32,000 nucleotides of DNA from Prochloron didemni P4-Papua_New_Guinea (GTDB lineage Bacteria; Cyanobacteriota; Cyanobacteriia; Cyanobacteriales; Prochloraceae): positions 7,369 to 39,368 of the forward strand of contig JH610995.1 in assembly GCA_000252485.1 (NCBI GenBank), written 5' to 3'. Below the pieces are notes generated by a model. It was given only the letters and a program-made list of their open reading frames with translations. It was not told the origin of the DNA and ran no database searches. Positions 17,505 to 25,558 of the stretch are shown here, in pieces. Position 1 is the stretch's first letter. Each line of letters opens with the position of its first letter. Both the position numbers and the translations under genes were made by a program.

Positions 17505-18419
17505 ATGGTAGTTGACCTGGCCTCGAAAACCCTTCGTTACGCTTATTTTCCCGGTTGTGTTGCTCAAGGGGCTTGTAGAGAGCTTTACTTATCTACGGCA
17601 GCATTAACTCAAGCACTGGGAATTGAATTAATCGAATTGAAAAAGGCTGCTTGCTGCGGTTCCGGCACTTTTAAGGAAGATTCCCAGCTTTTAGAGGATA
17701 CGGTCAATGCTCGCAATATTGCTTTGGCTGAGTCTCTCAATCTTCCTCTCTTAACTCACTGCAGCACTTGTCAGGGAGTTATCGGTCATGTGGACGAGCG
17801 GTTAAAAGCAGCTAAAAATTCTGACCCCGATTATTTCCAGCAGGTTAATGGCTTGTTAGGGAAAGAGCATTGCTCTCCTTATCAAGGCAGTACGGAAGTT
17901 AAACACTTGCTCTGGGCAATTGTAGCTGATTACGGACTGGATAAGCTCTCGGAAAAAGTAAAGCGGAAACTGACGGGATTGAATTGCGCCGCATTTTACG
18001 GTTGTTATTTGCTGAGAGCCCAAACTAATTTAGCCTATGACGATCCTTTTGCACCGGAGTCCATGGAGAACCTGTTTCGTACTGTAGGAGCAACTCCCAT
18101 TTACTATGGAGGAAGGACTCAATGTTGCGGTTGGCCAATTTCTAGCTACGGCACTGAAGCATCTTTTAAAATGGCGGGGAAGCGCATAGAAGAGGCAATA
18201 GCTGCTGGGGCTGATTGTTTGGTCACTCCCTGTCCTCTTTGCCATCTAAACCTGGATTCTCGCCAACCGGAAGTGGAGAAGGCCATGGGTCGTTCTTTGG
18301 GTTTGCCGGTGCTGCATTTACCTCAGTTGATTGGTTTGGCTTTGGGTTTGGAACCGAAGCAACTGGGTTTGGAACGGCATGTTGTTTCTACTAAACCTGT
18401 TTTGCGAAAAGTAGTCTAA
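17505..18419 (+). CDS. HdrB-like cysteine-rich (2x CCG) domain protein; possibly the type-E succinate dehydrogenase SdhE-like subunit
   Basis: Two CCG modules: FPGC...ACCGSG...HCSTC and FYGC...QCCGWP...PCPLCH. The functional assignment beyond the family is inference. Confidence 0.7.
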   Translation: MVVDLASKTLRYAYFPGCVAQGACRELYLSTAALTQALGIELIELKKAACCGSGTFKEDSQLLEDTVNARNIALAESLNLPLLTHCSTCQGVIGHVDERLKAAKNSDPDYFQQVNGLLGKEHCSPYQGSTEVKHLLWAIVADYGLDKLSEKVKRKLTGLNCAAFYGCYLLRAQTNLAYDDPFAPESMENLFRTVGATPIYYGGRTQCCGWPISSYGTEASFKMAGKRIEEAIAAGADCLVTPCPLCHLNLDSRQPEVEKAMGRSLGLPVLHLPQLIGLALGLEPKQLGLERHVVSTKPVLRKVV

Positions 18420-18593
18420 AACTATGATTTTTCTGATTTAACTATATCTAATCATAGTAGATCATAGTCTAGGTTGTGGTTTCATGACTCGTTTAAAAGT
18501 CAAGCTTCTTGACCCGAAGTTATATGAATTACAAAAATTTTTGCTACAAATAGTTTATTGCATCGTAGTATAGATTGAGGTTATTCCGTAGGT

Positions 18594-19035
18594 TGAGAAA
18601 CCGGGTTTCTTTCCAAAATTTTAGCATTAATCCTTAAAATAATAGAAGAAACCCGGTTTCTTGGCTAGTGCCGCTGGACTACAATTGTTTATAACACTAT
18701 TGTATCTGTAGCAAACATTTTTAGATTTGATATTAATTAATAATCCGATAAAAAGACCGGAGGTTTCTAAGTAGTTAATGGCTTGGGCTAAGTGGACATC
18801 TTCTAGTTTTTTTTCGTAGGTTGGGTCTCCCGATAGCGAAACCCTTCGGCTACCCTTCGACTACGCGGTCCCTGCACTTCGACTTCGCTCAGTGACCGCG
18901 TAGCCGAAGGGCAGGGCAAGCGCTCAGGGCAACGCCCAACAGCACCAAGTTGTGTTGGGTTTCGTTACCTCAACCCAACCTACAATTGCTTATAACACTA
19001 TTGTATCTGTAGCAAACATTTTCAGATTTGATATT
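18594..19035. repeat. Composite/nested repeat cluster (family A-like palindromes, solo family B arm, family B core interrupted by a GC-rich module, second arm)
   Basis: 18596-18661: GAAACCGGGTTTC ... GAAACCCGGTTTC. 18682-18734 and 18984-19035: direct copies of the family B arm. Core 18815-18983 equals 3852-3930 except for a ~90-nt GC-rich insert at ~18844-18934. Confidence 0.75.
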
Positions 19036-19065
19036 AGTTATATTTTACTTGGGTATTCCGTCAAT

Positions 19066-19156
19066 AATTGTTAATTGTTAATTGTTAATTGTTAATTGTT
19101 CATTGTTCATTGTTCATTGTTTATTGTTAATTGTTCATTGTTCATTGTTCATTGCT
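19066..19156 (+). repeat. Heptanucleotide tandem array (AATTGTT/CATTGTT) x13
   Basis: 13 consecutive 7-nt units counted by hand. The array overlaps the last 22 nt of dtd, including its stop codon. Confidence 0.95.
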
Positions 19157-19605
19157 ATAGCTTCTCGTTCTAACAACAGGGTAACAGGACCGTCATTCTC
19201 AATACTCACTCCCATCATAGCACCAAATTTTCCAGTTTCTACCCGCAGATTACTTTGGCGTAATTTAGTAATAAAACTATTATAAAGAACTTCAGCGGCT
19301 TCAGGTTGAGCAGAACCGCTAAAAGATGGACGACGACCTTTACGACAGTCACCGTAGAGAGTAAATTGACTGACTACAAGCAATTCTCCTTTAATATCTT
19401 GGACTGATTTTTGCCAGGGAGTATTATCTTCTTCTCCAGGAAATAACCTCAATTGCAAGCATTTTCGCACCATCCAATCAATTTCTATTTCCGTATCTGT
19501 AGGAGCAATTCCCACTAGTAGGTTTAATCCCCTGCCAATTTTACCGATAACTTCTCCATTAACTACAACTTGAGAAGATTTGACTCTTTGGATAACAATG
19601 CGCAT
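19135..19605 (-). CDS. dtd: D-aminoacyl-tRNA deacylase
   Basis: MRIVIQRV...LLVGI...[18 protein letters not shown]...FGA.M.V...NDGPVT is the canonical Dtd pattern. Confidence 0.93.
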   Translation of the reverse strand: MRIVIQRVKSSQVVVNGEVIGKIGRGLNLLVGIAPTDTEIEIDWMVRKCLQLRLFPGEEDNTPWQKSVQDIKGELLVVSQFTLYGDCRKGRRPSFSGSAQPEAAEVLYNSFITKLRQSNLRVETGKFGAMMGVSIENDGPVTLLLEREAIAMNNEQ

Positions 19606-19610
19606 GTTTG

Positions 19611-19672
19611 GTTGTTGGTTGTTGGTTGTTGGTTGTTGGTTGTTGGTTGTTAGTTGTTAGTTGTTTGTTGTT
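19611..19672 (+). repeat. Heptanucleotide tandem array (GGTTGTT, degenerating to AGTTGTT), ~9 units
   Basis: Starts 5 nt upstream of the dtd start codon. On the dtd strand it reads (AACAACC)n. Confidence 0.95.
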
Positions 19673-19810
19673 GGGGTGTGGTTACAAGTAGTTGTTTGAG
19701 GCTGAATATCTATTTATCAATCGTGGGGTAGCCCCCCTTCGGCTCCGCGGTCCCTGCCCTTCGGCAAGTCTGGGCTGCCTACCAATCGCCGGTAAGCCAC
19801 GACTATTGAG
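19673..19810 (+). repeat. Family C dispersed repeat (long variant with GC-rich module)
   Basis: ggggtgtggttacaagtagttgtttgaggctgaatat...gtggggtagccccccttcgg...gggctgcctacc...gactattgag is the reverse complement of 25307-25432. Confidence 0.8.
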
Positions 19811-19835
19811 AAAATCAAGATAATTAATTAATCAC

Positions 19836-19945
19836 TATAGCGTTTCTTAGACTCATGAGGTACATCTATGATACTGGTCTATTAACGTGTTTAGTATTGA
19901 GTAAGAGCAACCAACCGGTTGGTGTATAACTATCAACTGTCCACT
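19836..19945 (+). repeat. Family E dispersed repeat, copy 1 (3' end interrupted by family D)
   Basis: tatagcgtttcttag.ctcatgaggtacatctatg...cgtgtttagtattgagt...gtataactatcaactgtccact matches 22936-23049 and partly 25432-25480. Confidence 0.8.
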
Positions 19946-20085
19946 CGACCGAATCTGAAAATTGACAACAAGCTAAAAACCAAGAGGAATAAGGCGAGTA
20001 TAGTTTCTGGCATTTTTTGCGGAGACATTCGCCAATTGTTAAATTTTGAATTTTGAATTTTGAATTTTGAATTCGACGGAAGGAG
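19946..20085 (+). mobile_element. Family D 140-bp MITE-like element, copy 2, inserted in a family E repeat with a 16-bp flanking duplication
   Basis: Flanked by CTATCAACTGTCCACT at 19930-19945 and 20086-20101. The uninterrupted site, with a single copy, is at 23028-23043. Confidence 0.7.
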
Positions 20086-20926
20086 CTATCAACTGTCCAC
20101 TGCTATAGTTATTTCTTGCCTGTTCAATAACTTCAAGTGTTTGCTCCAGCAATCCTTGATTGGAAGCAGCTAATACTTGAGTGGACTTACTTGTTAATTT
20201 GTTGCCAGACCAATCCGTAATAACAGCACCAGTACCTTCAATAATGGGGATAATGGCACAAAAATCATAATACTGCATTTCCGATTCCAGGATAACCATT
20301 GGCATGGAACTCCAGCCAGAAGCAAGAGAAGCATAGTTATAACAATCTCCCCCAAAGGCAGTGCGCTGGCAAACTTCTTGACATTTTTTTGCTATCTTTT
20401 TCTCTTCCTCTGTGATAAACATTAGAGGAGTTGTAGATACCAGACAAGCTTCTTCTAGCTTACTATTGGATTCTCCAGAATATGGATTGACAATTGGTTT
20501 GTTATTAAACAAAGTTGTTTGTCCTGGCACTCCAAGCCAAAGTTCTTCAATAATTGGTTGGTTGAGGATTCCTAAAATAGGCTGGTTACTTTCCAGATTA
20601 ACTAAACCAATGAGGGTTCCAAATATAGGAAGTCCTCTGACAAAAGAGGAGGTTCCATCCATAGGATCGAGAACCCAATATCGACCGTTTTTAGATGGTA
20701 CGTTTTCTCCTTCCTCTCGAATAATTCCATCTTCCGGTGCTTCTTTTAAAAGAACTTGCACCATAGCATTTTCTGCTTCTCTATCCGCGATTGTAGCAAT
20801 AGCAGAAACTTCTCCTTCCTTGGTTTCAGTTTCCAGATTAGGCTGCCTAAAGTATTGGCGAATTATTTCTCCAGATACTTGAGCTAATCGCTCTGCTAGA
20901 TTTATACTGGCTGTTAAATCATTCAT
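20039..20926 (-). CDS. Inositol monophosphatase-family phosphatase, possibly histidinol-phosphate phosphatase (HisN type)
   Basis: IMPase motifs ADREAE, WVLDPMDGTSSFVRGLP and DF.A..PIIEG.G..ITDW.G. The HisN call is only inferred from adjacency to hisC/hisD/hisB and from a monofunctional hisB. The last 23 codons (20039-20107) lie inside repeats. Confidence 0.75.
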   Translation of the reverse strand: MNDLTASINLAERLAQVSGEIIRQYFRQPNLETETKEGEVSAIATIADREAENAMVQVLLKEAPEDGIIREEGENVPSKNGRYWVLDPMDGTSSFVRGLPIFGTLIGLVNLESNQPILGILNQPIIEELWLGVPGQTTLFNNKPIVNPYSGESNSKLEEACLVSTTPLMFITEEEKKIAKKCQEVCQRTAFGGDCYNYASLASGWSSMPMVILESEMQYYDFCAIIPIIEGTGAVITDWSGNKLTSKSTQVLAASNQGLLEQTLEVIEQARNNYSSGQLIAPSVEFKIQNSKFKI

Positions 20927-20972
20927 TATCTATAGCGTTTTTTTGAATAGCGGGTGTGACCAAGAGTAGTTC

Positions 20973-21070
20973 AGGACTTACGCAAACAAACCTAGAAACC
21001 GGGTTTCTCACCGGGATAAAATGGCAAAACCCAGAGTTTTTGTTCAGAAACCCGGCGAATGCTAAGTCCT
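20973..21070 (+). repeat. Family A palindromic element, copy 2 (degenerate right arm)
   Basis: aggacttacgcaaacaaacctagaaaccgggtttctc.cc.ggataaaa..gcaaaa.ccaga aligns with 3589-3687. Confidence 0.8.
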
Positions 21071-21090
21071 GTAGTTGATAGAGTTTTTTA

Positions 21091-21111
21091 GTAGGGTGGG
21101 CATTGCCCACC
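21091..21111 (+). repeat. 21-nt palindromic motif GTAGGGTGGGCATTGCCCACC
   Basis: Exact copies at 27062-27082 and 27829-27849. Confidence 0.9.
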
Positions 21112-21198
21112 ACACCATCTATCGCTAACCTAAATCAACTTTTCACCGGTGAGGGCGCATGCCTGAGAGGAGTCCAGGTGTGCGCCCACTACAGCAGC

Positions 21199-22245
21199 TT
21201 ATTGTTTTACTTTGATGTCTTTAATAGTTGCCAGAAGACGATCTATTTCTGAATCTGTTCCCACGGTAATCCTGACGTAATTGGTAATTCTAGTTTTGTT
21301 AAAATAACGAACTAAGACACCTTTATCTTTTAATTGGGCGTACAGTTCCGATGCTGGCATCCATTGGGGAGAAGCTAAGACAAAGTTTCCCTCAGAATCA
21401 AAGACAAAACAATCTAACTCTCGCAAAGAAGTAATTAAGCGTTTTCTGGTTTGACGGATTTTAGCCCAGATTTCTTGGAACTTATCTTGAGATTGAAAAG
21501 CAGCAGTTGCTAAAGCTTGGGCAAGACGATCTACATTGTAGGAATCTCGAACTTTATTCATCTGCTGGATTAAGGATTTAGAGGCAATACCAAAACCCAC
21601 TCTCGCACCAGCTAAACTATAAGCTTTGGACATGGTGCGAACGATAATAACATTGTCATATTTTTTGAGTAAATGCAAGCGATCGCAGTCCGAGAAATTG
21701 ACATAAGCTTCGTCGATTACCACAACTCCTGTAGCCTTAGCACAGGTTTCTTCTAAATATTGGCTATTGATATGTTGACCCACAGGAGGGTTTGGTGAAG
21801 CGAAGAAAATCAGCTTGGCTTCCGGACAAACTATAGATTCCTCTAGTTCAAACTTAGCATTTGTGGGAATTCTGATAATAGAAGAACCATGAACCAAGGC
21901 CAATGTTTCGTAAAGGGAATAGGTCACATCCAAAAAAGCAATTTTTTCTACCGGTTCAACAAAAGTTCGGATGGCAATATTGAGGATGTCATCGGAACCA
22001 TTCCCCACAATAATTTGTTCTGATGATACGCCAAAAACTTGAGCCGCAGTTTCTCGCAGCTTAGTACAAACTGGATCGGGATAGAGGTTGACTTTGGCTA
22101 ATTCATTCTGGATGACATCTAATAGTTCAAAAGGAGGTGCATAGGGATTTTCGTTGGTATTTAGTTTGATGAAGTTATTGGTTTGCGGTTGTTCCCCAGG
22201 GACGTATTCTGGAGTCTGGATTACACATTCTCGAGTTAAGACCAT
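21199..22245 (-). CDS. hisC: Histidinol-phosphate aminotransferase
   Basis: IKLNTNENPY, ...GNGSDD.L, and the PLP-lysine region RTMSKAYSLAGARVGF. ATG at 22245 preferred over the TTG at 22302 used by the track. Confidence 0.9.
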   Translation of the reverse strand: MVLTRECVIQTPEYVPGEQPQTNNFIKLNTNENPYAPPFELLDVIQNELAKVNLYPDPVCTKLRETAAQVFGVSSEQIIVGNGSDDILNIAIRTFVEPVEKIAFLDVTYSLYETLALVHGSSIIRIPTNAKFELEESIVCPEAKLIFFASPNPPVGQHINSQYLEETCAKATGVVVIDEAYVNFSDCDRLHLLKKYDNVIIVRTMSKAYSLAGARVGFGIASKSLIQQMNKVRDSYNVDRLAQALATAAFQSQDKFQEIWAKIRQTRKRLITSLRELDCFVFDSEGNFVLASPQWMPASELYAQLKDKGVLVRYFNKTRITNYVRITVGTDSEIDRLLATIKDIKVKQ

Positions 22246-22770
22246 TTTTACTTTTTTATTAGATTTACTGGGCAGCGATGGAGTTAAACTGCAAATATCC
22301 AATTATACTGTCTTTGCTTCTTTTTTCTCTAGCCAGTAGGGAAAAACTTTCAGCAGTTTGGTTAATATACCTCATTTTTGGAAAAAGCGATAGGGAAAAC
22401 CAATATCAAGATACCAGGCTTTTCGTAAAAAAATTTAAAACACCGTCTCACTGGTCACTGGTGTGGTCAAAAGTAGTTGTTTCCGGCTGAATATATCTTC
22501 TGGGATTAATTATTATATTGCGATCGCTAAGAGCGGCGCTTCGCGATCGCCATGTTGTTTTCCACTACCTAAATAAATCCAATAATTATTTTTACCGATC
22601 GCGATCGGGTTATGCTAGGAGTAAAATTTATAAATCTCATTGTTAATGTATTATAGAACGTTGCGGTGCGTTCGCAACGCACCCTACGGGGGAAAAAAGG
22701 GAAAAGCCTATAACGACGAACCAAGAACACCAAAATACCAATGTCTACGGAGGCAATATTTATCCAGGGA

Positions 22771-22850
22771 GTAGGTTGGATTTCGCTTATCGCTCTACCC
22801 AACATAAACTTACTGGCTGTTGGGTTTCGTTGCCTCAACCCAACCTACGA
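22771..22850 (+). repeat. Family B core repeat (GTAGGTTGG...CAACCCAACCTACGA), solo copy
   Basis: Aligns with 3852-3930. The track ORF 22569-22838 is a translation of this and neighbouring repeats. Confidence 0.8.
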
Positions 22851-22935
22851 TCTGACCTTTGCCCGAGAGATACCGTGACATAGGGACAACAACGTAAACT
22901 TTTATATGATATTATATTCTTCCATGAAAAAAATT

Positions 22936-23049
22936 TATAGGGTTTCTTGGTCATGAGGTACATCTATGTATCCGGCCTATGAACGTGTTTAGTATTGAGT
23001 TCCAGCAACCGACAGGTTGCTGTATAACTATCAACTGTCCACTGCTATA
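22936..23049 (+). repeat. Family E dispersed repeat, copy 2 (intact; the 'empty site' for family D)
   Basis: ...gtataactatcaactgtccactgctata is uninterrupted here. Lies 100 nt upstream of the methyltransferase gene. Confidence 0.8.
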
Positions 23050-23151
23050 TCTATTTAGGGGATATAGGTCAAAAATTTGTTTCCTAAAATAAAACTCTTA
23101 ATTGTTAATTGTTCCTTATTCATTGTTATAGGTTGGGAGGAATGAAGAACC

Positions 23152-24330
23152 TTGATTAACAAAACATTGGTGGATTTATTTGCTGGATCTGGAGGGTTAT
23201 CTTGTGGCTTAAAAATGGCAGGATTTCAACCTATTTTAGCTAACGAACTGGTTCCAGCTTATGGGAAAACCTATGAGTATAATCATTCTAATACCGATTT
23301 GATTATTGGTGACCTTCGTGAAGTTGGTGCAACTAATTTGAGGAAAAGATTAGGTGTTATGAAGGGAGAGGTGGATTTATTGGCTGGGGGTCCACCGTGC
23401 CAAGGTTTTTCCATTAATGCTCCCATTCGCTCCTTAGATGATAAGCGCAATTATTTATTTAAAGAATATATCAGAATAGGGAAGGAATTATTGCCGAAAG
23501 CAATTCTCATTGAGAATGTTCCTGGGATTATTTCTTTGGGTCAAGGTACTGTAGTAAAACAAATATATCAAGAAATTGAACAATTAGGTTATTCCATCCA
23601 ACATAAAATCCTCTTTTCCGGGCATTATGGAGTGCCGCAAATGCGTTTTAGGACTATATTTATAGCTTTAAAAGGGGAAGACAAGGTAATTGAATTTCCC
23701 CAGCCTGATTATAATGCTAAGGCTATTGCTAATTTTACCGGAGCCAAGGAACTTTGTTTAAAGATTTTGCCATCTTGCGAGGAGAAACTTAAACCTCAAA
23801 CTTCAGTTTGGGATGCTATTTCCGATTTGCCAGCAATAGAGTCTGGGTCGAAGAATGACAAAATAAAATATGCTTATTCCCAACCTCAGAGTGAATACCA
23901 AGCAATGTTGAGAAATGGTAGGGACTATGTCTACAATCATAGTTGTAATAAGCTGGGGAAAATTAATCTCGAGCGTCTAAAACATATTCCCCAAGGTGGT
24001 AGTTGGCGAGATATTCCTTTTGAGTTGCTACCTGCAGGATTAAAGCGAGCTAAAAGGAGCGACCACACGAAAAGATATGGAAGACTTCATCCCGATGGAC
24101 TTTGTTCCACAATTCTTACAAAGTGCGATCCTCATTGGGGTAGTTTTTTTCATCCCACCCAAGATAGAGTTATTTCCGTAAGGGAAGCAGCTCGGATTCA
24201 GTCATTCCCAGATGATTATTATTTTACTGGTTCTCTTACTCAGCAATACGAACAAGTAGGGAATGCCGTTCCACCTTTAATGGCTCGGGAAATTGGGAAA
24301 ACAATAATTAGTCTCTTGGAGCAGGTATGA
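23152..24330 (+). CDS. DNA (cytosine-5)-methyltransferase (type II R-M modification subunit)
   Basis: All canonical m5C motifs are present: I DLFAGSGG, IV GGPPCQGFS, VI ENVPG, VIII QMRFRTIFI, IX REAARIQSFPDDY, X GNAVPPLMA. TTG start at 23152 with GGGAGGA 8-9 nt upstream. Confidence 0.93.
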   Translation: MINKTLVDLFAGSGGLSCGLKMAGFQPILANELVPAYGKTYEYNHSNTDLIIGDLREVGATNLRKRLGVMKGEVDLLAGGPPCQGFSINAPIRSLDDKRNYLFKEYIRIGKELLPKAILIENVPGIISLGQGTVVKQIYQEIEQLGYSIQHKILFSGHYGVPQMRFRTIFIALKGEDKVIEFPQPDYNAKAIANFTGAKELCLKILPSCEEKLKPQTSVWDAISDLPAIESGSKNDKIKYAYSQPQSEYQAMLRNGRDYVYNHSCNKLGKINLERLKHIPQGGSWRDIPFELLPAGLKRAKRSDHTKRYGRLHPDGLCSTILTKCDPHWGSFFHPTQDRVISVREAARIQSFPDDYYFTGSLTQQYEQVGNAVPPLMAREIGKTIISLLEQV

Positions 24331-25232
24331 GGAAGAAAAAAGATTTGGTTGAAGTATTTGGCTATGCTCCTGATGACTTATCAAAAGAGGCTAGGTCGTT
24401 GTGGAATATAGGTGGTTGTCCGTTTGTAAATAAGGCTTGTATTAAAATAAACCATGATAGAACTATTACTTACGGCACTTGTTCCGTAACATCCCCTTAT
24501 GGAGATATAATAATTTGCCCGAACCGTTTATATGAAAATGATTACAGCACCATTAACCGTGTCGCTAAAGATGCTTTTGGCAATATTCCATTTTTATTGT
24601 TCGATGAATATATTAAGAAGCGAGGAAATATTGAAGAATGTGTTGTAGCTTTGGGTAAAAACTCTGGTAAAGAAGTGCAGCTGGGTCGTCATTTATCTAT
24701 GGATTGGGTATTGGCTCGAATTGTTGATACAGAACTAATTGAATATGTGGGAATTGAAATTCAAAGTATCGATATTACTGGCAATTATCGGGATGCTTGG
24801 CATGGATATAATAATTTGCCTAATACTAAGGTTTTAGCATGGTCAATTCCATCTTCTAATCATGGTTTGAACTGGGCTAATGTTCATAAGCGTCTTATTC
24901 CTCAACTAATACGAAAGGGTATAATTTATTCGCGGTCCAAGCTGGTGAAAAAAGGATTGTATTTTATTCTTCCTGAAATTGTTTTTAATAAATTTGAAGA
25001 AGTTCTGGGAAAGGATATTCCCACAGCGAATAATGCTAATCACGAAACTTTGACAGTTTTAACCTATAAATTGGGGGATAATGTACCATCGGGACAACAG
25101 CGTAAACTTGTAGCAGTTCGTAAATTGCGTTTTACTCTGGAAGAGTTTTCTAATCGTTTCATATCTGGTCCAAATCTTCCCAGTGGAGAAGAGCTGGATG
25201 AAGCGGTTAAAAGAGTAATTGGGGCTGTATAA
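24327..25232 (+). CDS. Putative type II restriction endonuclease, NotI-like family
   Basis: ATGA overlap with the methyltransferase stop. N-terminal Cys cluster GGCPF..KAC...GTCSV...ICPNR and the core VGIEIQSIDITGNY resemble, from memory, NotI (CPF...C.K...C.V...CPNR; LEIQTMDFHGSY). The family call is unverified. Confidence 0.6.
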   Translation: MRKKKDLVEVFGYAPDDLSKEARSLWNIGGCPFVNKACIKINHDRTITYGTCSVTSPYGDIIICPNRLYENDYSTINRVAKDAFGNIPFLLFDEYIKKRGNIEECVVALGKNSGKEVQLGRHLSMDWVLARIVDTELIEYVGIEIQSIDITGNYRDAWHGYNNLPNTKVLAWSIPSSNHGLNWANVHKRLIPQLIRKGIIYSRSKLVKKGLYFILPEIVFNKFEEVLGKDIPTANNANHETLTVLTYKLGDNVPSGQQRKLVAVRKLRFTLEEFSNRFISGPNLPSGEELDEAVKRVIGAV

Positions 25233-25306
25233 TGTTTTTAGGTTAGCCGAGTTGGCTTATAATGGCTGATGATGATGCCCTATCTCCTGGTTATTGAGAA
25301 ATTTTA

Positions 25307-25432
25307 TCAATAGTCGCGGCTTAACCTGAAAGTTAGGCAGCCCAGACTTGCCCAGAGGGTCGCCGAAGGGGGGCTACCCCACAATTGACTTTCTACATAT
25401 TCACACCCAAACAACTACTTTTGACCACACCC
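25307..25432 (-). repeat. Family C dispersed repeat (long variant)
   Basis: tcaatagtcgcggcttaacctgaaagttaggcagcccagacttgccc...ggggggctaccccac.attgactttctacatattc.cacccaaacaactacttttgaccacaccc. Confidence 0.8.
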
Positions 25433-25480
25433 GTGTTTAGTATTGAGTAAGAGCAACCAACCGATTACAGTATAACTATC
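25432..25480 (+). repeat. Family E dispersed repeat, partial copy 3
   Basis: cgtgtttagtattgagtaagagcaaccaaccgatt.cagtataactatc matches 19889-19934. Same orientation as copy 2, so the R-M pair is bracketed by direct copies. Confidence 0.75.
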
Positions 25481-25540
25481 CACTATCCACTATCCACTAT
25501 CAACTATCAACTATCAACTATCAACTATCCACTATCCACT
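25475..25540 (+). repeat. Heptanucleotide tandem array (ACTATCC x3, ACTATCA x4, ACTATCC x2)
   Basis: Nine units counted by hand. Ends 18 nt before the hisD ATG; a GGAGG at 25550-25554 lies between. Confidence 0.95.
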
Positions 25541-25558
25541 AAATCCACCGGAGGACCA

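Noticed and set aside
19066-19672. CRISPR array possibility for the tandem and dispersed short repeats (also 7200-7248, 25475-25540, 27774-30127)
   Set aside because: The units are 7 nt with no spacers. The 21-22-nt palindromes are irregularly spaced with non-unique flanks. No cas genes are present. These are STRR-like heptamer arrays and dispersed palindromes, not CRISPR.
20919-21113. ORFs translating repeats into 'VGNAHPT'-type peptides (20919-21113, 28737-28925, 30025-30228, 19082-19285, N-terminus of 27129-27857)
   Set aside because: They are composed entirely of the palindromic motif, heptamer arrays or family A repeats. The same peptides arise wherever the repeat occurs.
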